Source: Calditrichia bacterium
GTDB taxonomy: Bacteria > Calditrichota > Calditrichia > RBG-13-44-9 > J075
DNA: 32,552 nt
NCBI GenBank assembly: GCA_050633245.1
Contig: JBOEGD010000014.1
Location: 73,981-106,532 of the forward strand
Direction: 5' to 3'
Position numbers and translations under genes: made by a program. The notes beneath the pieces are model-generated. The model was given only the letters and a program-made list of their open reading frames with translations. It was not told where the DNA came from and searched no databases. Positions 25,491 to 32,552 of the stretch are shown here, in pieces; the first letter of the stretch is position 1; every line of letters begins with the position of its first letter.

Positions 25491-26035
25491 GTACGCCGCC
25501 CGTTTTTCATACCGAGCGACTTACTATGCGCTCCTTTCAACTTAGTGACGCATCGGAAGTGCAGCGGCTTGCCGGAGATTACGCAATAGCTAAAACAACG
25601 TTGGGCATCCCCCATCCTTACCCGGAGAGAGCTGCCGAAGAATGGATTGGCTCACTTGCCGAATCTTATCGCACTAATCAGCTGGCCAATTTCGCCATTA
25701 CGCTGCGCGAGAAGAAAGCATTAATCGGTAGTATTGGCCTTATTCTAACGTTGGATCACAAACGTGCAGAAGCCGGATATTGGATTGGGAAACCATACTG
25801 GCGGAATGGGTATGCCAGCGAAGCGTTGGGTGCGATTCTCTACTTTGGTTTTCACACGCTGAGCCTGAATCGTATTCATGCGCAGGTATTTGCGGGAAAT
25901 CCGTCTTCCGAGCGAGTATTAATCAAGAACGGGCTAACATTTGAAGGCAAGCTTAAGCAGCATGTTATAAAAGAAAAAAAGTATATCGACTTGAAACAAT
26001 ATGCCATTCTTCGGAGTGACTATATAAAGGACTAA
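25487..26035 (+). CDS. RimJ/RimL-type GNAT N-acetyltransferase
   Basis: TERLTMR, AEAGYWIGKPYWRNGYASEA, NPSSERVLIKNG, FEG. Confidence 0.9.
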   Translation: MSTPPVFHTERLTMRSFQLSDASEVQRLAGDYAIAKTTLGIPHPYPERAAEEWIGSLAESYRTNQLANFAITLREKKALIGSIGLILTLDHKRAEAGYWIGKPYWRNGYASEALGAILYFGFHTLSLNRIHAQVFAGNPSSERVLIKNGLTFEGKLKQHVIKEKKYIDLKQYAILRSDYIKD

Positions 26036-26047
26036 CGTTTACAAACT

Positions 26048-26698
26048 ATGCCAAAACAAACATATGCATTTGAGCCAGGCGGTGATCCTCGCCTGATGAT
26101 TATCTGGCGACTCGGCTGGCGTGAAGTGGTAATTCAGCTCGATGGCCATACCATTGGCAAATTGGATCATCGCAGCTTGCTTGAAGAGGGGCGCGAATTT
26201 ACCCTTGATGAGGGAAAGCTGCACATTCGCCTAACCAAAGAAGACAATCGCCCCAGACTGCGAATCGCTTTAGACGGAACGCCACTTAAACCCAGCTCTG
26301 CTGACCCCAATCTGGTGCTGGAAAAAACCGCTGGTGCTCTTTTTCTGTTCGGCGGAGGCATCGCACTCCTCGGCATACTGGCCTCCGTGCTGCAAATTGA
26401 GCCTCTCATTAACCAGGGCTTTACTGTTGTTACTGCGTTATTTGGAGTGCTTTTCATTTTGCTTGGCGTGCTGGTAAAAAACAACTCACAGCATGCCCTC
26501 ATTGCGGCAATTGGACTTATCGCCGCCGATGCAGCTCAGATGCTGTTTTATGCGATTGAAAGTGGACAGCCTCCGCTATTGTCTATTGCTCTGAGAATCG
26601 CGCTTATTTTTTGGCTAAGTCGGGGTTTCTCGGCAATTCGTGAACTTCAAGAGCTGATGGTAAACGGTGAGCGGGCAACGGGCAGCGGTGAGCGGTGA
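26048..26698 (+). CDS. Hypothetical membrane protein (soluble N-domain plus 4 TM helices)
   Basis: Open 216-aa frame with four hydrophobic helices; the last ~12 codons come from a heptamer tract. Confidence 0.7.
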   Translation: MPKQTYAFEPGGDPRLMIIWRLGWREVVIQLDGHTIGKLDHRSLLEEGREFTLDEGKLHIRLTKEDNRPRLRIALDGTPLKPSSADPNLVLEKTAGALFLFGGGIALLGILASVLQIEPLINQGFTVVTALFGVLFILLGVLVKNNSQHALIAAIGLIAADAAQMLFYAIESGQPPLLSIALRIALIFWLSRGFSAIRELQELMVNGERATGSGER

Positions 26699-26849
26699 GC
26701 CTCACTGCGCGAGTAGAGAGTAGAAACAAGGTGATCGGTTTTTATTGCCTGGGCTCTAAGATCGGTAAGTGAAAAGGCAATTAGGCAATTAGGCACTCTT
26801 CCTTACTTCCCGTCTTCCTATCATTTGTTTCTGTGTTCTGTGTTCTGAT
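26659..26849. repeat. Cluster of short tandem tracts (7- and 8-nt periods)
   Basis: GGTAAAC GGTGAGC GGGCAAC GGGCAGC GGTGAGC GGTGAGC (26659-26700); GAGTAGA twice; AGGCAATT x2.5; CTTCCnnn x3; TTCTGTG TTCTGTG TTCTGAT. Confidence 0.7.
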
Positions 26850-26884
26850 CTTTGATATATCCCGCCAAAATCGTATAGTGTTTC

Positions 26885-27100
26885 ATGAAACGATATTTCA
26901 TCTGGATACTTGTATTCGGCAGCCTGTTTATCTTGTCGATGGACTTTTGGGCATGGGAAAATCAGGATACACCCAGCTGGTTGGGATTCCCCTCCCGCGT
27001 GTGGTATTTTGCCGCGCTACAGCTAGCTTTCGCTGTCGCATTTTATCTATTTGCACGCTCCGTATGGAAAGATAACTCTCCGGAGGATCTCTCCTCATGA
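26885..27100 (+). CDS. Small two-TM partner of the SSS transporter (DUF3311-like)
   Basis: DFWAW...WLGFP motif, two TM helices, ATGA overlap with the SSS gene. Confidence 0.8.
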   Translation: MKRYFIWILVFGSLFILSMDFWAWENQDTPSWLGFPSRVWYFAALQLAFAVAFYLFARSVWKDNSPEDLSS

Positions 27101-28533
27101 GCGTAACTCTCATAATCGTCGTCGCATACTTATTGGTCACTCTCTTTCTTGGGGTAGCTGCCTGGCGTGTTAGCAGCGAAAATCCGGAAGATTATTTTCT
27201 TGCCGATCGCGGCGTCGGTTCTTTCGTATTATTCTTTACGCTGATTGCCACGAATTTCAGCGCCTTCTTTTTCCTCGGCTTTTCCGGCGCAGGTTATCGC
27301 ATCGGCTACAGCTACTATGCAATGATGGGATTCGGCACAGCCCTCGTCTCTCTTAGTTTCTACTTCATTGGGCATAAGGTCTGGCTGTTTGGTAAGCAAA
27401 ACGGCTACATAACACCACCGGAAATGATAGGTGATCGGCTAAACAGCCGCCCACTCAAGGTAGTCTACTTAACCGTAATGGTTCTATTTACATTGCCCTA
27501 TTTGGCGCTTCAGCCAATTGGTGCCGGGCACTTGCTATCGCAGCTCACCGGCGGTAGTCTACCTTATTTCGGCGGTGCAATTGTGCTGTCTGTCTTTATT
27601 GTTTTGTATGTATTTGTCGGCGGAATGCGCAGCATTGCCTGGACGGATGTGCTTCAAGGCATTCTTATGTTCGCACTCATGTTCCTCGCAGTTTATTTGA
27701 TAAGCCAACCATTCGGTGGGATAACCGAGGCCAATGTGGCTGCCTATCATCAGAAGCCTGAGCTCTTCTCCGCTGACGGCGGTGGCTACTTTACGCCTGC
27801 GAGTTTTTTCAGCTTCATGCTACTATGGGCACTGGCTGTGCCCATGTTTCCCCAGATGTTTATGCGATTTTTCATGGCAGACAACCCGCGTTCGCTTCGC
27901 ATTTCCGCCAGTTTGTATCCGCTCGTTACCACCACGCTATTTATTTGCCCCATCGTTATCGGCGTTCTGGGTCATCTGGAATTTCCCGACCTTGCTGGTC
28001 GCGAGGCAGATACTATCTTACCCAAAATGCTTGCGGCATTCGCTCCTGAGTGGCTCGCGGCATTGGTAATGGTGGGTGCTCTTGCTGCTTTTATGTCTAC
28101 AATGGACTCCCAGCTGCTTGCATTAAGCTCCATGATTACACGAGACATCTACGTGGAGTTTATCGATTCGGAAGTTAGTATTGAAAAGCAGGTGAAAATT
28201 GGGCGTATCTTAATCGTTATTCTGGCTGGCTTTGGATTAGCAATTGCCTATAGTCCACCGGCAACAATAGCGGCAATCGCGACCCAGGCCTTCTCGGGAT
28301 TAGCAATTTTATTCCCAACAACCTTTGCATGTATTTACTGGAAGCGTACGACTGCACTAAGCTGCATCGTTTCCATTATTATCGCCGAGCTTTTACTTCT
28401 TTTAATTTATTTCGGTAGTATTCCAACGAATTGGCTGTTTGGTTTTCTGCCGGTAGTGCCGCTAACGCTTATCGCTTCGCTGCTGATTGTTATCGTTTCC
28501 CTGCTTTTACCCGATAATTCAAAAGCCAATTAA
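27097..28533 (+). CDS. Sodium:solute symporter (SSS family)
   Basis: DYFLADR, ATNFSA, YVFVGGMRSIAWTD, PQMFMRF, AAFMSTMDSQL; about 13 TM helices. Confidence 0.92.
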   Translation: MSVTLIIVVAYLLVTLFLGVAAWRVSSENPEDYFLADRGVGSFVLFFTLIATNFSAFFFLGFSGAGYRIGYSYYAMMGFGTALVSLSFYFIGHKVWLFGKQNGYITPPEMIGDRLNSRPLKVVYLTVMVLFTLPYLALQPIGAGHLLSQLTGGSLPYFGGAIVLSVFIVLYVFVGGMRSIAWTDVLQGILMFALMFLAVYLISQPFGGITEANVAAYHQKPELFSADGGGYFTPASFFSFMLLWALAVPMFPQMFMRFFMADNPRSLRISASLYPLVTTTLFICPIVIGVLGHLEFPDLAGREADTILPKMLAAFAPEWLAALVMVGALAAFMSTMDSQLLALSSMITRDIYVEFIDSEVSIEKQVKIGRILIVILAGFGLAIAYSPPATIAAIATQAFSGLAILFPTTFACIYWKRTTALSCIVSIIIAELLLLLIYFGSIPTNWLFGFLPVVPLTLIASLLIVIVSLLLPDNSKAN

Positions 28534-28630
28534 CCATCATTTATATAAGCTCGCATACTTTTTTCCGCAAAGATTGCAAGTAGAATATGCACGTATTAAC
28601 TTTGCGCCTTGTTATATTAAGGGGAACCCA

Positions 28631-30625
28631 ATGGAGCCGTTAGTTGCAGTCAAAACACGCTTTGCCAAAGCAGAGCTTCTCGAACTCTATCGAGCAATAA
28701 AACTACCCAGATTGATTGAGAAACGTATGCTCTCGCTGCTGCGCCAGGGCAGGCTATCCAAATGGTTTTCCGGCATTGGTCAGGAAGCCATCAGCGTTGG
28801 GACGACATTTGCTTTAAATAATGATGATTACCTGCTGCCAATGCATCGCAATCTTGGTGTATTTACAACCCGCGGTGTTGACTTAAATACACTTTTTCGT
28901 CAGCTAATGGGCAAGGAAAGCGGTTTTACAAATGGCCGCGACCGCAGCTTTCACTTCGGTATTCCCCAGCATCACATTATTGGAATGATTTCTCATCTGG
29001 CAGCCATGCTACCCGTTGCAGATGGCTTGGGTCTGGCATTCCAGTTGAAGAAAGAAAAGCGTATCGCCGTTAGCTTTACCGGTGACGGCTCTACCAGCGA
29101 GGGTGACTTTCACGAAGCATTAAATCTTGCCTCCGTATGGAAATTACCGGTGGTGTTTATTATTGAGAACAATGGTTACGGACTTTCAACTCCCGTTGCA
29201 GAGCAATTTGCCTGCGAGAAGCTGGCCGATCGCGCTATTGGTTACGGCATGGAAGGGATCCGTATAGACGGCAATAATGTATTGGAAGTCTACGAAACGG
29301 TGAAGAAAGCTGCGGACAAAGCACGAAAAGGCGGTGGCCCAACGCTCATCGAGGCCGTTACATTTCGCATGCGCGGACATGAAGAAGCGTCTGGGGTAAA
29401 ATACATCCCAAAAGAATTGTTTGAAATTTGGGAAGAGCGAGATCCTATCAAGCGCTTTGAAGATTATCTGCTACGTGAAGGAAAAATAAAAGAGGCCGAT
29501 CGTAAAAGCCTCGAAGCACGGCTCAGCGAAGAAATTGAGCTGGCTATTGAAGATGCACTTAACGCCCCGCTTCCCAAAAGCTCTGTGGAAAATGAGAAGG
29601 CAGCATTATTTGCTCCCGCATCGGATAAAACCATACCGCCATCCTCAAGCACAAAGACACTACGCTATGTCGATGCCATTAGCGAGGCTCTTAGGCAAAA
29701 AATGACGGACGATGAACATGTTTTGATCCTCGGTCAGGATGTTGCTGAATATGGCGGCGTATTTAAAATTACCCAGGATTTTGTTGAGCTGTTCGGGAAA
29801 GAGCGCGTTCGCAATACGCCGATAATAGAATCTGCTGCAATTGGCGCCGGCATGGGACTAGCCCTGGAAGGCTTCAAACCGGTTGTTGAAATGCAGTTTG
29901 CCGACTTTGTAACATGCGGGTTTAATCAAATTGTTAACAATCTTGCAAAAACACATTATCGCTGGGGCTCCGCCCTAAACGTAACATTGCGGCTGCCCTA
30001 TGGTGGCGGTATGGGTGCCGGCCCCTTTCACTCGCAATCACCGGAGGCTTGGTTTTTTCACGTTCCCGGACTAAAAATCGTTGCCCCCTCCACGGCTTAT
30101 GATGCCAAAGGGTTGCTGCTTGCGGCAATCGATGACCCGAATCCAATCTTGTTTTTTGAGCACAAGGCGCTCTATCGCAGCATCCGGGAAGAAGTACCGG
30201 AAAATGCCTACTCGCTGGAAATCGGTAAGGCCGACGTTAAGCGTTCCGGTTCAGATGCGACAATCGTTACCTATGGTCAGGCGGTGCATTGGGCTCTGGA
30301 ACTGGCTGAAAATATGGAAGGCGAGGGTGCTTCAATAGAAGTTGTTGATCTTCGCACGCTCCTCCCATGGGATAAGCAGACTGTTCTTGCATCGGTAGCA
30401 AAAACCAATCGCGTTATCGTGCTCCACGAAGCCAGCCATACCGGTGGTATCGGCGCCGAGATTGCAGCAACTATAGCAGAGGATGCCTTTCAACAGCTGG
30501 ACGCACCGGTGATGCGGCTTGCTTCGCTTGATATTCCGATTCCGTTTAGTCAGCATTTTGAGCGAGAGATTTACTGGCCAAAAGAAGAGCTTCCCGAGCG
30601 CATGCGAGCGTTGTTGGCTTATTAG
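28631..30625 (+). CDS. Fused E1 alpha/beta 2-oxoacid (probably branched-chain) dehydrogenase
   Basis: GQEA, TPP motif GDGSTSEG...ENN, RMRGH; beta part GQDV, GGVF, NTPIIE, EMQFADF, HSQ, DLRTL; start placed at ATG 28631 after AAGGGG. Confidence 0.92.
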   Translation: MEPLVAVKTRFAKAELLELYRAIKLPRLIEKRMLSLLRQGRLSKWFSGIGQEAISVGTTFALNNDDYLLPMHRNLGVFTTRGVDLNTLFRQLMGKESGFTNGRDRSFHFGIPQHHIIGMISHLAAMLPVADGLGLAFQLKKEKRIAVSFTGDGSTSEGDFHEALNLASVWKLPVVFIIENNGYGLSTPVAEQFACEKLADRAIGYGMEGIRIDGNNVLEVYETVKKAADKARKGGGPTLIEAVTFRMRGHEEASGVKYIPKELFEIWEERDPIKRFEDYLLREGKIKEADRKSLEARLSEEIELAIEDALNAPLPKSSVENEKAALFAPASDKTIPPSSSTKTLRYVDAISEALRQKMTDDEHVLILGQDVAEYGGVFKITQDFVELFGKERVRNTPIIESAAIGAGMGLALEGFKPVVEMQFADFVTCGFNQIVNNLAKTHYRWGSALNVTLRLPYGGGMGAGPFHSQSPEAWFFHVPGLKIVAPSTAYDAKGLLLAAIDDPNPILFFEHKALYRSIREEVPENAYSLEIGKADVKRSGSDATIVTYGQAVHWALELAENMEGEGASIEVVDLRTLLPWDKQTVLASVAKTNRVIVLHEASHTGGIGAEIAATIAEDAFQQLDAPVMRLASLDIPIPFSQHFEREIYWPKEELPERMRALLAY

Positions 30626-30651
30626 AGAAAAGTTCAGCGTTCGAGCGTACG

Positions 30652-30675
30652 CGTGGGTCAAGACCCACGTTACTT
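30652..30675. repeat. REP-like palindrome, copy 2
   Basis: CGTGGGTC-AA-GACCCACG followed by TTACTT; matches positions 1-22; 26 bp after the E1 stop codon. Confidence 0.75.
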
Positions 30676-30706
30676 GTTTGTTCGATGCCTCCCGGCTGTC
30701 CGAAAC

Positions 30707-30757
30707 TGCCCAATGCCCGATGCCTCACGACGGTTCGGGATTGCCCGTTGCCCGTTG
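30707..30757. repeat. Heptamer tracts TGCCCRA and TTGCCCG
   Basis: TGCCCAA TGCCCGA TGCCTCA; TTGCCCG TTGCCCG TTG (reverse complement of the CGGGCAA units near 26672). Confidence 0.6.
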
Positions 30758-30812
30758 TATAATTCCTGCAAATCCATTAAGTTTACCCAGACAATCTGAC
30801 TCAGGAAACCTT

Positions 30813-31595
30813 ATGATACTACTCGGCATTGCGCTGATTATCCTATCAATGATATTTTTCTTCAAGGCGCACGGAGAATGGAAAAAACTTCGTCAGCTTG
30901 AAGCAACTGAGCCTGCAACGGTAGAGCTACTGCATTCCCTGGATAACTCTATGGATGTTGGTGTCGGAGAAGGTAATCTGAATTTTGATACAGAAACCAC
31001 CGGTCGTGCTCTCTGCTCAAAGCCACTAATATCAGAGCTAACACAGCAACCTTGTGTTTACTATGCAATGCGGGTTGTTCAGCATTACGAAGAGGAATAT
31101 CTGGAAAGACAGCAAAATGGACGAACAATTAGACGCACTCGACGTGGTGTTCAGGAAGTGATCTTCAATAAACGCGCCACGCCATTTACCTTAAAGGACA
31201 ACACCGGAGAAATCCACGTTAACCCTGCCGGAGCCACATTCGTTCCTAAAATGGCATACTCACAACTTGTCCAGGCAGACTTTGCCAATCGCATTACAGT
31301 AGGTGAGACGGTAATTCAATTACCGTCTCACAGACGAGATCACCAGCGTTATATAAAGGGTTATGAGGTTGAAGAAGAATTGGTACCGTTAAACAGCACC
31401 GTCTACATCAATGGGGAAGCAAGCGACAGTAGCGGCACCTTACAGCTTCAACGTTCAGATGAACGTGGCATTTTTCTTATCAGTACGAAGAGTGAAAAAG
31501 AGCTGCTGAAGCGCGGTCACTCTCAAATAAACGTCTATGGCATCGCCGGCACGGTCTTGTTTCTTGCCGGCATTGGAGTAATGATCTATTTATAA
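30813..31595 (+). CDS. GIDE-domain membrane protein
   Basis: N- and C-terminal TM helices flanking SELTQQPCVYY, PFTLKDNTGEIHVNP, EEELVP...VYINGEA, FLIS; start placed at ATG 30813 after CAGGA. Confidence 0.75.
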   Translation: MILLGIALIILSMIFFFKAHGEWKKLRQLEATEPATVELLHSLDNSMDVGVGEGNLNFDTETTGRALCSKPLISELTQQPCVYYAMRVVQHYEEEYLERQQNGRTIRRTRRGVQEVIFNKRATPFTLKDNTGEIHVNPAGATFVPKMAYSQLVQADFANRITVGETVIQLPSHRRDHQRYIKGYEVEEELVPLNSTVYINGEASDSSGTLQLQRSDERGIFLISTKSEKELLKRGHSQINVYGIAGTVLFLAGIGVMIYL

Positions 31596-31660
31596 ATGAT
31601 GAATGATTATTGATGAATTCTCTAACAAAGCCGTCATCATCATTCATCATTCATCAATTA
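31595..31660. repeat. Inverted pair of ATGATGA/TCATCAT heptamer tracts between convergent genes
   Basis: AATGATGAATGATTATTGATGA on the left and TCATCATCATTCATCATTCATCAATTA on the right can form a long imperfect hairpin. Confidence 0.7.
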
Positions 31661-32419
31661 AAGAACGCTACCCGTAATCAGGTCAATCGTAATCGTTCGC
31701 TCACCGTTATTAATGCTCACTACGGCCTGCTGAGATCCGGTAAATGTTACCGAATAAGGAATATCGATTTCCTTGGACGGCAAATTACCGGCGGTAACCG
31801 TCCCTTTGGCATTTCCTGCCAGCACTCCGGAAACCGGGATATTATTGGTTGCAGATTGTGATAATCCAATATTGGTGAGACCAAAAGTGCTATTCAGTGC
31901 AAGCTGTAAATCCAGACTGGGTGTGCTAAAACCATGCTGCGACCTATCTGTTCCGGTGCCATTCACAATAGCGGTTGGCTGGAGAATCTCATTCATTTGA
32001 AAGTTCGACGTTCGGTTGAGTGAAATAGACCACGATTGTCCATTGGTCGTTATGGTTGAATCTCCGCTAAGAGCCGAGGATACGCTCATGCTATCCAGCA
32101 AACCCGGAACAGGAACCGGAATCTCCTGACCATTTTCACGGTAGAAACTTGCACTCACGGTATAGCTAACCCACTCGATGCTAAACGTGGTATCCAGTGT
32201 ACTTTTTTGGTAAAAATCAGCGCGCGTCATTGCCATCAAAGCCTGTAGCTGTGCCACCGCACCACCCTGCTCCGAAGCAATTTGAGTGATAACAACAGCA
32301 TTTTCCTGATCGTCTGTTAGCTCAATACCTTCCACAACATCATTGATAATATCTTCCGGATTACAAGCCGAAAAGAATAGTGCCGCGCAGGTTAGATATA
32401 ACACCCATTTAATTTTCAT
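31658..32419 (-). CDS. Hypothetical lipoprotein (Ser/Thr-rich, beta-rich)
   Basis: Signal peptide II MKIKWVLYLTCAALFFSA-C; AAGGAG SD before ATG 32419. Confidence 0.78.
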   Translation of the reverse strand: MKIKWVLYLTCAALFFSACNPEDIINDVVEGIELTDDQENAVVITQIASEQGGAVAQLQALMAMTRADFYQKSTLDTTFSIEWVSYTVSASFYRENGQEIPVPVPGLLDSMSVSSALSGDSTITTNGQSWSISLNRTSNFQMNEILQPTAIVNGTGTDRSQHGFSTPSLDLQLALNSTFGLTNIGLSQSATNNIPVSGVLAGNAKGTVTAGNLPSKEIDIPYSVTFTGSQQAVVSINNGERTITIDLITGSVL

Positions 32420-32435
32420 ACGGACTCCTTTAAAA

Positions 32436-32552
32436 AAGTTCAAAGTTCAGGGTTCAAAACGTGAAACGTGAATAGGGCAATATACTACCACCTTGCTCGC
32501 TACTTTTTATCCTCCGTTCACCGTTCACCAGTATTCTGTGTTCTGTGTTCTG
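32436..32552. repeat. Cluster of heptamer tracts
   Basis: AAGTTCA AAGTTCA GGGTTCA AAACGTG AAACGTG (32436-32470); CCGTTCA twice (32514-32527); TTCTGTG TTCTGTG TTCTG (32534-32552). Confidence 0.7.

Noticed and set aside
28487-28630. N-terminal extension of the E1 ORF
   Set aside because: It overlaps the SSS gene and the intergenic region; ATG 28631 has an SD.
30519-30812. N-terminal 98 aa of ORF 30519-31595
   Set aside because: It overlaps the E1 gene and runs through REP and heptamer repeats; ATG 30813 has an SD and a TM start.

Overview
A gene-dense bacterial chromosomal window with no integrase, transposase or CRISPR. Several protein families are typical of the FCB group, yet promoters are canonical TTGACA/TATAAT-type and Shine-Dalgarno sites are GGAG-type, so a Calditrichota/KSB1/Ignavibacteria-like lineage is plausible. 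That placement is an inference. Genes: pfkA, a DUF819-type membrane protein, TetR plus ABC1 kinase, a DinB-like protein, an AlkA-like glycosylase, a TPR protein, an ArsC/LMW-PTP protein, a HEAT-cyclophilin lipoprotein, yigZ with an ABC ATPase/permease, yegP, dusA, a lepA-lepB-lepB-hemW-TPR-conserved protein run, GNAT, an SSS transporter with its small partner, a fused E1 alpha/beta 2-oxoacid dehydrogenase, a GIDE-domain protein and a lipoprotein. The standout signal is in the ORF-free gap at about 16.7-17.1 kb. A near-consensus sigma54 promoter (CTGGCAC-N5-TTGCT) precedes a ~405-nt + strand segment with 10 exact CARGGAYGT copies, mostly in GGA-loop hairpins (16 GGA in total), ending in a strand-specific intrinsic terminator. 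This is the architecture of a CsrB/RsmZ-type CsrA-sequestering sRNA, apparently sigma54-driven and apparently outside the Gammaproteobacteria. Secondary signals: an ABC ATPase lacking its signature, D-loop and H-switch; a metallophosphoesterase lacking most metal ligands; heterogeneous 7-8-nt tandem tracts in many intergenic spacers; and a twice-present REP-like palindrome.
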